DNA of 15,789 nucleotides from Promethearchaeota archaeon (lineage in GTDB: Archaea > Asgardarchaeota > Odinarchaeia > Odinarchaeales > JBHLKK01), in contig JBHLPJ010000015.1 of assembly GCA_048939565.1 (NCBI GenBank), forward strand, positions 1 to 15,789, given 5' to 3'. Within the stretch, counting starts at the first letter, position 1, and each line of letters begins with the position of its first letter. The notes under the pieces were generated by a model. It made no database searches. It was not told the DNA's origin and saw only the letters and a list, made by a program, of their open reading frames with translations. Shown piece by piece: positions 4,293-15,355 of the stretch. The translations under genes and the position numbers were made by a program.

Positions 4293-6224
4293 ATGAAGGG
4301 AACATTAACACATAAGATATTGAAGGAACATCTGGTGGAAGGAAGTCTTGAAGCAGGCAATGAAATCGCCGTAAGAATAGATCGAACCCTGACTCAGGAC
4401 GCCACAGGAACGATGGCATACCTTCAGTTTGAAGCACTTGAAATACCCAGCGTAAAAACCGAATTATCGGTCAGTTATGTAGACCATAATACGCTTCAGA
4501 CGGATTTTATGAATGCAGATGATCATATATATCTTCAAACCGTCGCGGCAAAGCACGGGATCTATTTTTCAAGACCAGGCAATGGTATTTGCCATCAGGT
4601 AAATCTTGAACGGTTTTCCCGGCCCGGAAGGACTTTGTTAGGATCAGATTCCCATACACCTACAGCAGGCGGAGTAGGGATGCTTGCTATCGGTGCAGGT
4701 GGATTGGATGTGGCCGCTGCAATGGGCGGAGCTCCTTTTTATTTGGAGGTGCCAAGAGTTGTGGGTGTAAGGCTAACTGGAAAAAGACGACCTTGGATTG
4801 CTGCAAAGGATATTATTCTGGAAGTCCTTAGGACCATCGGTGTGAAGGGAGGAGTAGGCAAGGTTTTAGAATATTCCGGAGATGGAGTCGAGGACTTAGA
4901 CGTATATGAAAGAGCTACAATAACAAACATGGGAGCCGAAACAGGGGCAACGACTTCAATATTTCCTTCAAACAAAGCAACAAAGGATTTTTTCGTATTG
5001 CAGGAAAGATTAGACGAATGGGAAGAACTAATACCCGACGATGACGCACAATATGATGAAATCATTGAGATCGATCTATCACGAATAGAGCCATTGGTAG
5101 CAACCCCGCATAGCCCAGGAAATGTATCTAAGATCAGTGAAATAGAAGGGTTGAAGGTTCAGCAAGTGGCTATTGGAAGTTGTACTAATTCATCCTTGAA
5201 AGATCTTATGATAGTAGCAGCAATCCTAAGGGGTAAGAAAGTACATCCTAACCTAAGTTTGGTTATATCACCAGGTTCACGTCAGGTTCTTGAAGAAATA
5301 GCAAGGAATGGCGATTTGGCAGATTTGATTTCATCCGGTGCCCGAATAATAGAGAGCGCCTGTGGGCCGTGCATTGGTATGGGGCAAGCGCCTCCTTCCG
5401 GTAGTGTCTCCGTGAGAACATTTAATAGGAATTTCGAGGGGCGTAGCGGTACGAGGGATGCTCAATTGTTCCTTGTAAGCCCAGAAACAGCGGCTGCAAC
5501 GGCCATATTTGGAGTACTAACGGATCCACGTAAGTTGGGCGATTATCCCGAAATCAGGATACCCGATAGAATCAAAATCGACGATGGAATGATATTGCCA
5601 CCATCTTCCAATCCTGAGGAGGTCGAAATAATAAGGGGGCCAAATATCAAACCACTGCCCAAAAAAGGTCCACTTGAAGATGATCTCCATTTTGAGGTGT
5701 TATTGCGTGTAGGAGACAACATAACAACAGATCATATAATGCCAGCTGGGGCAAAGATACTTCCTCTGAGAAGTAACGTGCCAGCCATCAGTGAGTACGT
5801 GTTCGAGCGGGTTGATTCCTCCTTCGTTTCTCGAGCCAAGGAGAAAGGTGGGGGTTTTGTCGTAGGTGGAGAGAACTATGGACAGGGCTCCAGTAGAGAG
5901 CATGCAGCTCTAGGCCCCATGTATTTAGGAGTTAGGGCGGTTGTGGTCAAGTCATTTGCCAGAATACATAAAGCCAACCTGGTTAATTTTGGAATTCTGC
6001 CTTTGGAGTTTGATGATGCCAAGGATTATGATTCCATCGAGCAAGGTGACAGACTTGCGATTAAAGGGATTAGAGAAACACTAAAAACGGGAGAGACAAG
6101 AATAGTCGCCAAAAATATCTCAAAAGGAAAGGAATTGCTCATGAGAATTGACCTCAGTCCACGATCCAGGGAAATCCTACTGGCAGGCGGGCTTTTAAAC
6201 TATATAAAAGAATCATTCCATTAA
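4293..6224 (+). CDS. acn: Aconitate hydratase (about 640-aa 'Aquifex-type' aconitase, catalytic and swivel domains fused)
   Basis: Motifs GSDSHT, IGSCTNSS, CGPCIGMG, NRNFEGRSG and the C-terminal swivel motif GENYGQGSSREHAA. ATG start with an upstream GAGGG. Confidence 0.9.
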   Translation: MKGTLTHKILKEHLVEGSLEAGNEIAVRIDRTLTQDATGTMAYLQFEALEIPSVKTELSVSYVDHNTLQTDFMNADDHIYLQTVAAKHGIYFSRPGNGICHQVNLERFSRPGRTLLGSDSHTPTAGGVGMLAIGAGGLDVAAAMGGAPFYLEVPRVVGVRLTGKRRPWIAAKDIILEVLRTIGVKGGVGKVLEYSGDGVEDLDVYERATITNMGAETGATTSIFPSNKATKDFFVLQERLDEWEELIPDDDAQYDEIIEIDLSRIEPLVATPHSPGNVSKISEIEGLKVQQVAIGSCTNSSLKDLMIVAAILRGKKVHPNLSLVISPGSRQVLEEIARNGDLADLISSGARIIESACGPCIGMGQAPPSGSVSVRTFNRNFEGRSGTRDAQLFLVSPETAAATAIFGVLTDPRKLGDYPEIRIPDRIKIDDGMILPPSSNPEEVEIIRGPNIKPLPKKGPLEDDLHFEVLLRVGDNITTDHIMPAGAKILPLRSNVPAISEYVFERVDSSFVSRAKEKGGGFVVGGENYGQGSSREHAALGPMYLGVRAVVVKSFARIHKANLVNFGILPLEFDDAKDYDSIEQGDRLAIKGIRETLKTGETRIVAKNISKGKELLMRIDLSPRSREILLAGGLLNYIKESFH

Positions 6225-6249
6225 TTAGCGAATAAAGGAGGAGTAGATC

Positions 6250-7521
6250 ATGGCCAGAAAAGCGATTAGGGAATATGACGGAAAGAGATTGCTGGCACAG
6301 TATTTACCAGAATATGCAAAAGGCAGATTTTCTTATCCGGGAAAAATTGTTTCTGTGAATCCTCAAACCGACATAAAAAAGCTCATTTCCGAGAATCCTT
6401 GGTTGAGAACCGATAAGCTGGTGGTCAAAGTAGATCAGTTGGTGGGAAAAAGGTTAAAGAACAACTTAGTTTTGCTCAATGCAAATGTTGACGAGGTAAC
6501 TAAGTTTATTCAAGAGAGAATGAATAGTACAGTAGCTGTAGGTAACTTAGAAGGAATTCTAACTCATTTCTTAATTGAGCCATTCGTTCCCCATGAAAGA
6601 GAATATTTTGTGGCTATAAGGGCCACACGTGATGGCGATATAATAAATTTCTCAACCGAGGGTGGGATAGACATCGAAGAGAAGTGGGGAAGCGTTGTCT
6701 CTATCGAAATTCCAATTCTTGAATCAATTGAAAATATCGACATTATTGGTGAGCTTCCGTCAGAGCTATCTGTTCAAGTGAGGGGGTTATTTGATGAGTT
6801 CTTGAAAGCATTATACAGGCTTTACAGCGATCTTGGTTTTGCTTACTTAGAAATAAATCCTCTTGTCGTAAACAATAGCACATTCATTCCACTTGATCTC
6901 AAAGCAAGACTGGACGACGCCGCGATGTTTGAAATGGGTGCAAAATGGGGGAATATAGAGTTCCCGGCTCCGTTCGGAAGAGCCCTTACTCCTGAAGAGG
7001 AGTATGTTAATGACCTGGATGAAACAACTGGAGCCTCGCTGAAACTCACAGTTCTTAACCCTAAAGGACGCATTTGGCTGCTGGTCGCCGGTGGGGGTGC
7101 AAGCGTAGTATATACGGATACTGTTACAGATTTTGGCTTCTCAGATGAACTGGCAAACTATGGAGAATATAGTGGAAACCCTGATGAAGAACACACGTAC
7201 CTCTACGCCAAAACAATCATAGATCTTATGACGAGAGAGAAAGATCCAAAAGGAAGAGACAAGATTCTTCTAATTGGTGGGGGGATTGCAAACTTCACTG
7301 ATGTTGCTCAGACTTTCAAGGGAATCATAAGAGCCTTGAAAGAGGCAAAACAGAAACTACAGACTACGAGAGTTCAAATTTATGTTAGACGCGGTGGTCC
7401 CAATTATGAGGTAGGATTAAGGCTTATGAGGGAGTTGGGAAAAGAGTTAGGCGTTCCTATCCAAGTTTACGGACCTGAAACTCATATGACCAAAATAGTT
7501 TCCTTAGCACTCAAAGAGTGA
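6250..7521 (+). CDS. aclB: ATP-citrate lyase beta subunit (ATP-grasp, SucC-like)
   Basis: 423 aa starting MARKAIREYDGKRLL, typical of the ACL small subunit. A strong SD (AAGGAGGAG) precedes it. It lies immediately upstream of the large subunit. Confidence 0.9.
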   Translation: MARKAIREYDGKRLLAQYLPEYAKGRFSYPGKIVSVNPQTDIKKLISENPWLRTDKLVVKVDQLVGKRLKNNLVLLNANVDEVTKFIQERMNSTVAVGNLEGILTHFLIEPFVPHEREYFVAIRATRDGDIINFSTEGGIDIEEKWGSVVSIEIPILESIENIDIIGELPSELSVQVRGLFDEFLKALYRLYSDLGFAYLEINPLVVNNSTFIPLDLKARLDDAAMFEMGAKWGNIEFPAPFGRALTPEEEYVNDLDETTGASLKLTVLNPKGRIWLLVAGGGASVVYTDTVTDFGFSDELANYGEYSGNPDEEHTYLYAKTIIDLMTREKDPKGRDKILLIGGGIANFTDVAQTFKGIIRALKEAKQKLQTTRVQIYVRRGGPNYEVGLRLMRELGKELGVPIQVYGPETHMTKIVSLALKE

Positions 7522-7533
7522 AACTATGGGTGA

Positions 7534-9393
7534 ATGGTAATGAAAAGGGCAGATTATATTCTGTTTGATAAGAAAACCCAAGCATTTATCTACAGCCTTC
7601 AAGCTAATGCAATTCAGCGCATGCTGGATTTTGACCATATCTGCAAAAGAGAAAAACCTAGTGTGGCTGCAGTTGTCGATCCATTCAGATCCGGACTGCA
7701 CAAGGTATTTTGGGGAAACAAAGAGATTCTGATACCAGTCTATGGCACCATAAAAGAGGCCGTAAGAAATCATCCGGATGTTGATGTAATGATCAATTTT
7801 GCATCTTTTAGGTCTGCATATCCTACAACCTACGAAGCACTAGAAGAGAAGGCTATCAGAGTCGTTGTAATCATTGCTGAGGGCATTCCTGAAACAAAAA
7901 CAAAGAAGCTGATTGCTATTGCAAAGAAGAACAATAAGACAATTATTGGGCCGGCAACAGTTGGAGGGTTGGTTGCCGGAGCATTCAAGATTGGCAATAC
8001 TGCCGGAGCTATTGAAAATATCGTTGCTGCAAAGTTATATAGACCGGGTTCTGTAGGTGTTGTTTCGAAGTCTGGTGGACTTCTAAACGAGATTTTCAAT
8101 ATGGTTGCATTGAACTCAAATGGCGTTTTTGAAGGAGTGGCCATAGGTGGAGACAGATATCCTGGCTCCACACTTTTCGATCATATAATGAGATATGAAG
8201 CAAACCCTGAAATAAAAATGATAGTCGCTTTGGGCGAAGTTGGGGGTATAGACGAGTACCAAATAGTGGAAGCTCTGAAGCAAGGAAAGATTACTAAACA
8301 ACTTGTTATGTGGGTAATTGGAACAGCTGCGACAGTTTTTCCAACCGGAGTCCAATTTGGACACGCAGGCGCGATGGCTGAAAGCAGGTTAGAAAATGCT
8401 GACGCAAAGAATCGGGCTTTAAAAGAAGCAGGTGCAGTAGTTCCAAATTCATTTGATGATTTTGGAGAAAAAATCCATCAGGTGTATGAAGAGCTAAAGT
8501 CAAAAGGTGAGATTCCTGAAGTAGAAGAATTTGATGTCCCTCATATCCCAATGCCTTATCAAGTTGCTTTATCAAAGGGCATCATAAGAAAGCCTGCAAA
8601 CTTCGTAACTACAATATCAGATGATCGAGGAGAAGAGCCCACCTACGTGGGAATACCTATAAGTGAGATCATTGAAGAGAATTATTCTATTGGAGATATA
8701 ATAGGTCTGCTTTGGTTCAGAAAGAAGCTGCCAAAGTTCGCAACAGAATTCATCGAGATAGTCCTGAAAATTGTTGCAGATCATGGACCAGCTGTATCAG
8801 GGGCGCATAATGCCATTGTTGCTGCTAGAGCTGGCAAAGACCTTATTTCTGCACTCTGCAGCGGTCTCTTGACAGTTGGTCCGCGATTTGGAGGGGCGAT
8901 CGACGGCGCAGCACGCTATTTCGGTCAAGCAAAGGATTCAGGAATGAAACCTGCAGATTTCGTAGATGATATGAAGGCCAAAGGAATTTATATCCCAGGA
9001 ATTGGCCACAGGATAAAAAGCGTGGAGAATCCCGACAAGCGTGTGGAACTGCTTAAGGATTTTGCGCGTAAAAACTTTCCAAAAACTGATTATCTGGATT
9101 ATGCTCTTGAAGTCGAGAATCTAACGACGCAAAAAAGAAACACCTTGATTCTAAATGTTGATGGGTGTGTTGGCATTCTGTTCTTGGATATGCTTAAAGG
9201 GACGGGTATGTTCACAGACCATGAGATAAGAGAGATGGTCGAGATTGGATACCTTAACACCATGTTTGTATTAGGAAGAAGTATAGGGATTATTGGGCAT
9301 ATTCTCGATCAAAAGCGTCTCAAAGCTGGCTTATACAGACATCCATGGGATGATATTCTCTATCACATAGAGAGACAAGGGAGTGATGAGTGA
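7534..9393 (+). CDS. aclA: ATP-citrate lyase alpha subunit (CoA-binding/SucD-like domain plus a citrate-synthase-like citryl-CoA lyase domain)
   Basis: 619 aa. Phosphohistidine loop [10 protein letters not shown]-terminal citrate-synthase-like segment ([12 protein letters not shown]...GPRFGGA...PGIGHRIKS). This indicates a true two-subunit ACL rather than separate CCS and CCL enzymes. Confidence 0.9.
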   Translation: MVMKRADYILFDKKTQAFIYSLQANAIQRMLDFDHICKREKPSVAAVVDPFRSGLHKVFWGNKEILIPVYGTIKEAVRNHPDVDVMINFASFRSAYPTTYEALEEKAIRVVVIIAEGIPETKTKKLIAIAKKNNKTIIGPATVGGLVAGAFKIGNTAGAIENIVAAKLYRPGSVGVVSKSGGLLNEIFNMVALNSNGVFEGVAIGGDRYPGSTLFDHIMRYEANPEIKMIVALGEVGGIDEYQIVEALKQGKITKQLVMWVIGTAATVFPTGVQFGHAGAMAESRLENADAKNRALKEAGAVVPNSFDDFGEKIHQVYEELKSKGEIPEVEEFDVPHIPMPYQVALSKGIIRKPANFVTTISDDRGEEPTYVGIPISEIIEENYSIGDIIGLLWFRKKLPKFATEFIEIVLKIVADHGPAVSGAHNAIVAARAGKDLISALCSGLLTVGPRFGGAIDGAARYFGQAKDSGMKPADFVDDMKAKGIYIPGIGHRIKSVENPDKRVELLKDFARKNFPKTDYLDYALEVENLTTQKRNTLILNVDGCVGILFLDMLKGTGMFTDHEIREMVEIGYLNTMFVLGRSIGIIGHILDQKRLKAGLYRHPWDDILYHIERQGSDE

Positions 9394-10631
9394 TGAATAA
9401 GAAATTGGAGCACCTAAAAGATCCGACTGAGGGGACGTGTATCGAAGTTATTGATAATAGACTGCAAGTACCAGACAATCCCGTCATTTCGTTTATCGAA
9501 GGAGATGGTGTAGGTCACGATATAACCAAGGCTATGCTGGTGGTTGTGAACGCTGCAGTTGAAAAGGCATATTACGGGCGCAGAAAAATAGCTTGGTACG
9601 AGATATTTGCAGGCGAGAAAGCCAAAGCCTTGTATGGCGAGTATCTGCCTAAAGAAACTCTCGACGCAATCCGGAAATATATTGTAGCAATAAAGGGACC
9701 CCTAACAACGCCAGTTGGAGGAGGGTACAGAAGCCTTAACGTGACTATAAGGCAGGAACTCGATTTATATGCATGTGTAAGACCAGTAAGAGGCATGAGG
9801 GGGGTACCTGCACCAATTAAGAGACCAGAGCTAGTAGATATGGTAGTTTTTCGTGAAAATATCGAGGATGTCTATGCAGGTATTGAATGGCGAGCAAATA
9901 CACCTGAAAGTCGTAAGTTTATCGAATTTCTTAGCAATGAGATGGGAGTATCAATTCCCTCAGATTCAGGAATAGGGGTCAAGCCAATTAGCAAGACTAG
10001 AACCTACAACATTGTGCGCAAATCAATTAATTATGCAATTGAGAACAAAAGAAGAAGCGTTACGATAATGCACAAGGGTAACATCATGAAGTTCACTGAG
10101 GGGGCCTTTAGAGAGTGGGGATATGAAGTGGCAAATAATGAGTTTAGAAATCATATAGTAACCGAGGAGGAACTGATCAGTGGCGAATCAACTGACGGCA
10201 AAGTTGTTATTAAAGACAGGATTGCAGATGCGATGTTTCAGCAGGTACTACTAAGGCCAGAAGAATACGATGTCATAACTACGTCTAACTTAAACGGTGA
10301 TTATATATCTGACGCGTTGGCTGCTCAAATCGGTGGATTGGGAATGGCCCCTGGAGGAAACATTGGCGACTACCTTGCTGTTTTTGAGGCTACACATGGC
10401 ACTGCTCCAAAATATGCAGGATTGGATAAAGTAAATCCAGGATCCCTGATTCTCTCGGCGGTTATGATGCTTCGCTATATCGGATGGAATGAAGCAGGCG
10501 ATCTGATCGAGAAAGCTCTTGAAGAAACCATACTGCAAAAAAGGGTTACTTACGATCTTGAACGTCAAATGGAAAATGCGACACTCCTAAAGACTTCAGA
10601 ATTTGCCAAAGCAGTTGTTGAAAATCTCTAA
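9393..10631 (+). CDS. icd: Isocitrate dehydrogenase (NADP-type homodimeric IDH)
   Basis: [21 protein letters not shown] and [27 protein letters not shown] motifs, about 412 aa. The ATG at 9393 shares its A with the aclA TGA stop (an upstream GTG at 9390 is also in frame). Confidence 0.9.
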   Translation: MNKKLEHLKDPTEGTCIEVIDNRLQVPDNPVISFIEGDGVGHDITKAMLVVVNAAVEKAYYGRRKIAWYEIFAGEKAKALYGEYLPKETLDAIRKYIVAIKGPLTTPVGGGYRSLNVTIRQELDLYACVRPVRGMRGVPAPIKRPELVDMVVFRENIEDVYAGIEWRANTPESRKFIEFLSNEMGVSIPSDSGIGVKPISKTRTYNIVRKSINYAIENKRRSVTIMHKGNIMKFTEGAFREWGYEVANNEFRNHIVTEEELISGESTDGKVVIKDRIADAMFQQVLLRPEEYDVITTSNLNGDYISDALAAQIGGLGMAPGGNIGDYLAVFEATHGTAPKYAGLDKVNPGSLILSAVMMLRYIGWNEAGDLIEKALEETILQKRVTYDLERQMENATLLKTSEFAKAVVENL

Positions 10632-10647
10632 AAAAGAGAGTGAGAAG

Positions 10648-11808
10648 TTATAGAATCCTCCCTTTTTCAAGAATCAACCGTTTGCTGCCATCGAGATAGG
10701 TGACTTCCATGGTTGCTCTAGGAACAGTTACAAAATCCCAGTGAACCGTAGATTCACTAGTCCCCCCATAACTGCCGGAATTAAAGCCAATGGCAACGTG
10801 AACAGATCCACCAATCTTCTCATCAGTAAGAATGTAGCCAACGGCCTTTTTGATTTTGGGATTAAGACCAATCCCGAGTTCTCCAAAATTGGTTGTTCTT
10901 ACAGTCTTATAGCGTTCAGAGTCTATAGCAATTCCTCGTTCAATGGCTTCTCTGAAGTGTTTTAAACCAACTTCAGCTGTACACTCATCCATAACAAGAC
11001 GACCATCTCTGAATACTAGCCTTAGGTTACGGACATACTCTCCTGTGCGCCGTTCTCGTGTAAGAGGACAGAAAAGCGTTCCTTCACCAACGGTTTCGTG
11101 AGGAGCGATGAAGACCTCGCCGGCAGGGATATTGCTCCCCGTATCGTTATTCGCAACATCTTCGTCACTTATTAGACCATCATCAAGTTTGATTTGTCGT
11201 CCTTTAACATGCAGCGTAAGATCTGTGCCCATATCATCATTTATATATACCGTGTCAGCATTCGTTAGAAGCTCTTTAAGACGCAGGCAGTTGGATTCCA
11301 GTTCATCATAGTCTATCAGCATACCTCCAACTATAAGCTCTTCAAGTTCTTCATATGGAATATTGAATTCTTTGGCTGCTTCTGGAGTGGGGTATCCCAT
11401 GTACAACCAGCGTTTGTTTTCCAGAATCTCCTTTCTTATTGGTTCACTCGACTTTTGGTTCGCAACGATCTTTTCTGGTGGGAATCTCTTTTGGATAGCC
11501 GGATCTTTGGGAAGTTCCAGAACAATATAGACATCAATTGCCTTAACCAGTGACAAATAGTGAGCAGGGGTAGGTTCCATATATTTGGCCGGCACTTCTC
11601 GATAGATTCTCTCAGTTAGGTCATCGCTAGTAAAGTTGGTGAAAATTTGAGCGCCCTTCATGAATGCATGAAATGCTATGGCTTCAGCTAGCTGGTAATT
11701 GTGGATTCCGGACCTGACAAGTAGATTGTCACCCTCTTTTATATTGACAGTTCTTACTGCAACCTTAGCCAATTGCTCGATTTGATCTTTTGTTATCATA
11801 TTAACCAC
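10648..11808 (-). CDS. M29-family aminopeptidase (aminopeptidase T / PepS-like)
   Basis: About 385 aa. The C-terminal GGSVHVAIG...STVHWDFV metal-site region and overall layout are typical of M29. GTG at 11808 (possibly leaderless, with a TATA box about 27 nt upstream). An alternative ATG is at 11799. Confidence 0.8.
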   Translation of the reverse strand: MVNMITKDQIEQLAKVAVRTVNIKEGDNLLVRSGIHNYQLAEAIAFHAFMKGAQIFTNFTSDDLTERIYREVPAKYMEPTPAHYLSLVKAIDVYIVLELPKDPAIQKRFPPEKIVANQKSSEPIRKEILENKRWLYMGYPTPEAAKEFNIPYEELEELIVGGMLIDYDELESNCLRLKELLTNADTVYINDDMGTDLTLHVKGRQIKLDDGLISDEDVANNDTGSNIPAGEVFIAPHETVGEGTLFCPLTRERRTGEYVRNLRLVFRDGRLVMDECTAEVGLKHFREAIERGIAIDSERYKTVRTTNFGELGIGLNPKIKKAVGYILTDEKIGGSVHVAIGFNSGSYGGTSESTVHWDFVTVPRATMEVTYLDGSKRLILEKGRIL

Positions 11809-11833
11809 AGGGAATCATTCTTGTAACATGAAT

Positions 11834-11841
11834 GATAAAAA
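11834..11841 (-). promoter_or_regulatory. TATA box (TTTTTATC on the minus strand) of the aminopeptidase gene
   Basis: It is centred about 27-30 nt upstream of the GTG at 11808, next to the inverted repeat ATCATTC/GAATGAT (11815-11821/11831-11837). Confidence 0.45.
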
Positions 11842-11932
11842 TCATACGGTTTTACGCTTGAGCAGGGAGCAAGATTAGATCTCCTGAAAGGAATCAATTT
11901 GAGAAGCCTAAGCATTTTGACGAATTTGCACA

Positions 11933-11939
11933 TTTAAAT
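11933..11939 (+). promoter_or_regulatory. TATA box (TTTAAAT) of the ABC transporter operon
   Basis: An AT-rich box in the divergent intergenic region. It implies transcription starting near 11960, downstream of the ORF-track start at 11939. Confidence 0.4.
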
Positions 11940-12004
11940 TGGATAAGCCTCATAACTGGACTTATCTAGGGCAAACTCTTCAGTTGATCACCGGGGTTCA
12001 AGAA

Positions 12005-12712
12005 TTGAGTCAAAAGAGGGTTATATTGGAAACAAGGGATCTTACAAAATACTATGGAAAGAAAGAGATTACTGTTCCAGCATTGATTAACGCATCTATG
12101 AAATTGCATGCCGGTGAGCCAACCTCAATTATGGGTCCCAGCGGTTCGGGTAAAACCACTCTTCTTAATCTGATTGGCCTCTTGGATAAGCCAACCAGCG
12201 GAGAGATATTCATAGACGGAAGAGATGTCACAAAACTGAACGAGAAAGAAATAGTGAAATTGAGACGATATTCGATGGGTTTTGTCTTTCAGTTCTACAA
12301 CTTAATCAGTGTATTGACGGCCTTAGAAAATGTTGAACTGCCCATGTTGATTGCAGGTGTGTCTAAAGATGAACGCAAAAGACGGGCAGAGGATTTATTG
12401 GAAACAATAGGATTAAAGGAGAGAGCCAATCATTTGCCAGATGAGCTCAGTGGCGGCGAACAACAACGGGTGGCAGTGGCGCGTGCACTCGCCAACAATC
12501 CCTCAATAATACTTGCTGATGAACCCACCGGTGATCTTGATAGTAAATCTGGAAAGACAGTAGTCCAGCTCATGGCGAATCTATGCCGTGATAGGAATAT
12601 TGGAATGATTATGGTAACACATGATGAAGCGATGTCAAGACTGACAGATAGGATTATCTTTCTACAGGATGGCAAGATTGTAGGTGAAGAAAGACCCAAT
12701 CAGGAAGAATGA
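12005..12712 (+). CDS. ABC transporter ATP-binding protein (MacB/LolD/FtsE-like)
   Basis: Walker A GPSGSGKT, signature [15 protein letters not shown], Walker [13 protein letters not shown]-loop VTHD. No ATG precedes Walker A at a sensible distance. The TTG at 12005 gives the usual short N-terminus (in-frame TTGs at 11939 and 11984 are also possible). Confidence 0.85.
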   Translation: MSQKRVILETRDLTKYYGKKEITVPALINASMKLHAGEPTSIMGPSGSGKTTLLNLIGLLDKPTSGEIFIDGRDVTKLNEKEIVKLRRYSMGFVFQFYNLISVLTALENVELPMLIAGVSKDERKRRAEDLLETIGLKERANHLPDELSGGEQQRVAVARALANNPSIILADEPTGDLDSKSGKTVVQLMANLCRDRNIGMIMVTHDEAMSRLTDRIIFLQDGKIVGEERPNQEE

Positions 12713-15348
12713 AGATGCATATGTATGGTATATCAATAAGAGGAATGAGAAAAAGAAGAACTCGGGCAGTACTGACCATGATCTGTATTCTGATTGGAGT
12801 TACTGTCTTTTCAGGTACAAATGTTGCCGCAGACGGTATTGAGTACGCATATGTGAGTCAATTACTTGAGACTGTGGGGGATGTTGATATCGATATTAGA
12901 AACGCGACGTGGGGTACCATAGAAAATATTGACCAAGTAATGGCTCAAGTTGAGAATATAGAAGGGGTTCAAGGTGCATCACCACGGATCACCGAGACCC
13001 AATCATTTGAGCATAATGGAACATCGTATCAATTTGTATTGTTAGCATTCGACCCTGTGAAGGATGCCATGTTTGGTGAAATTGATCCCCCGTCGGCAAT
13101 CGAAGAAATGTATAATAATAATTGCTTGATAAACGATTTTGCCTCAGAAAGATATAACCTCACTTCGGGAGATGTAATAAATCTAATTATCATGGAATAT
13201 ACACCGCTCCCCCATCTGATAAAGAATGTCACACTAAATATTAGAAGTGTTGTAAATGTTACGGGAAAGTTTTCTGGCGCATGGATCAGTCCTACGGTCT
13301 TGCTTGACTTAGCAACAGCCCAGCAGATTTATGATACGGAGGGAGGGGCAAATCATATTGCAGTGAAGGTCAGGAATGTTCTCAAGGTGGAAGATGTTGT
13401 CTCCAGGATAGAGAACTCACTAGGATCCGACTTTTGGGTGTACTCTCAAAAAGAGCAAATACTGAAAGACGCTGAAGCAAATGTAGTCATGGTTAGAGTT
13501 GCCATGTCAGTGTTTGCAGGCATATCTCTTGCTGTCACCGCAGTCTTGATTGTTAACGTAATGTTGATGAACGTTACTGAAAGAAAACGTGAATTGGGTA
13601 TTTTAAGGGCAATAGGAGCATCAAGATCACAGATTTTTCGATTCGTTCTCTTTGAAACAACGGTTTATGGAATCATTGGTTCTCTAATTGGAGCTGTTTT
13701 TGGAATTCTACTTAGCACACTAATGCTACAAATCGCAAGTCATACCTTTGCCAATTTGGTGAGCTTGGGAGAGATTCAGTTGATCATAAACCCGTTCACC
13801 CTTTTGCTGAGTTTTGGTGTAGGGATGCTGTTCGTAACGATTGGGGCGATCTATCCAGCATACTCCGCAGCTAGGGTAGATGTTCTGGGCGTCATCAGAC
13901 CCAGGATGGAGGGTGTGAGAAAGCAAAAGATAAGCAAAAGTATGGTAGTAGGAGGAATAATACTCATCGTACTTGGATACTTCCTTTTGGCAAGCTTTGG
14001 GCTGGATTTGATGATGACACTTCTCATGATTCCTGTGCAACTGACGGTAACAGCCATGGTTACAGCGGGGCTTATTCTGGCATTTGGGGGAGCGCTATAC
14101 TATGTTGCCAAGGGAATTGTACTAATGCTGAAACCTCTGGTAACCAGTTCACAGGCTATTATTGAAAGAAACGTATCCAGAAATAGACGCAGGACTGGAT
14201 TAACGTTCACCATGATTACAATAGGCTTGGTGTTTGTTGTATTTTTCAGTTCACTTTCAGGAACTCTGCTTGCAACGTTTTCGTCTGCGATAAAGATCTT
14301 TGTCGGAAGCGATATTAGGATATCAACCTCTGAGACAACACCGTTCACCTATGATCAGACTATAGAAAGTATTGACGGTATCTATTTATCATCTCCATTT
14401 GTTCACATGGGAGAATCCCTATCTAATCATACAGGGTACTATGTAGGCATGATATTTGTAAATGCATCAAAATACCATAAGATAGTTGAACAGTTCAGTA
14501 CTCTTAAAGGACCCCCAACCGAAACAGCATTCAATCAACTTCTTAGCGATAACATGAGCATCATAATCTCAGATGATTTGGCCAATAATAGGAGTATAGA
14601 AGTTGGGGACTCTCTATGGATAAGCACATGGGTGAACTTAACGCAGATCCCGGTGGAATGCAAAGTAGTTGCGACAACAAACAGTTTCTATGGATTCCCA
14701 CAATATATGTTTGAAATGCCAGGTTACACAGATGCGTTTGGGGTTTATGCAAGTCTCGAAACGCTTATGGAATTATTCAATATAACCGAAGCACGAGATT
14801 TTATGGTTAGGGTCGAGAATAACGTAGATCCAATTGAAGTTGCTGAAGATGTAGAAAACAGGCTGGGCCTAGATTTCACAAATGTGGGAGTGATCTCATC
14901 AGAAGAAAGAGAGTTATTGATCGGAGACATTATTGGGCAATTCATGAATATACTTTACTTCTTCGTTGGTTTTGCGCTAGCTGTGGCAGCATTAGGGATG
15001 GCCACCAGCATGATAGTATCGGTAACTGAGAGGAAGAGAGAGATAGCCATTTTAAAGGCTGTTGGTATGAGTAGGGCACAAGTTATGAAGATGATTATGG
15101 GAGAAGCCATAGCGATAACTATTATAGGTGTTGCTGTGGGCATTTTGGGTGGGTTACTGCTTTGGTACCTATTCTTATCTCAAGTAGTCTGGCAGTCATC
15201 AATTATTTTCCTCCCGATGCCTTTTGTGATACCTTTGGAAACGATCATTATTGCAACAGTTATATGTATTTCAATTGCATTGGGAGCTTCGTTTTATCCC
15301 GCCAAAAAGGCGATGGGTTTGGAAATAGTAGAGGCCATGAGAAAGTAG
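12709..15348 (+). CDS. ABC transporter permease with two FtsX/MacB-type domains
   Basis: 879 aa. The ATG overlaps the ATPase stop (ATGA). Two repeats of an extracytoplasmic domain followed by an FtsX TM bundle, each with the ERKRE(L/I)xILxAxG motif (near aa 291 and aa 773). Confidence 0.85.
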   Translation: MKMHMYGISIRGMRKRRTRAVLTMICILIGVTVFSGTNVAADGIEYAYVSQLLETVGDVDIDIRNATWGTIENIDQVMAQVENIEGVQGASPRITETQSFEHNGTSYQFVLLAFDPVKDAMFGEIDPPSAIEEMYNNNCLINDFASERYNLTSGDVINLIIMEYTPLPHLIKNVTLNIRSVVNVTGKFSGAWISPTVLLDLATAQQIYDTEGGANHIAVKVRNVLKVEDVVSRIENSLGSDFWVYSQKEQILKDAEANVVMVRVAMSVFAGISLAVTAVLIVNVMLMNVTERKRELGILRAIGASRSQIFRFVLFETTVYGIIGSLIGAVFGILLSTLMLQIASHTFANLVSLGEIQLIINPFTLLLSFGVGMLFVTIGAIYPAYSAARVDVLGVIRPRMEGVRKQKISKSMVVGGIILIVLGYFLLASFGLDLMMTLLMIPVQLTVTAMVTAGLILAFGGALYYVAKGIVLMLKPLVTSSQAIIERNVSRNRRRTGLTFTMITIGLVFVVFFSSLSGTLLATFSSAIKIFVGSDIRISTSETTPFTYDQTIESIDGIYLSSPFVHMGESLSNHTGYYVGMIFVNASKYHKIVEQFSTLKGPPTETAFNQLLSDNMSIIISDDLANNRSIEVGDSLWISTWVNLTQIPVECKVVATTNSFYGFPQYMFEMPGYTDAFGVYASLETLMELFNITEARDFMVRVENNVDPIEVAEDVENRLGLDFTNVGVISSEERELLIGDIIGQFMNILYFFVGFALAVAALGMATSMIVSVTERKREIAILKAVGMSRAQVMKMIMGEAIAITIIGVAVGILGGLLLWYLFLSQVVWQSSIIFLPMPFVIPLETIIIATVICISIALGASFYPAKKAMGLEIVEAMRK

Positions 15349-15355
15349 AAGGCAA

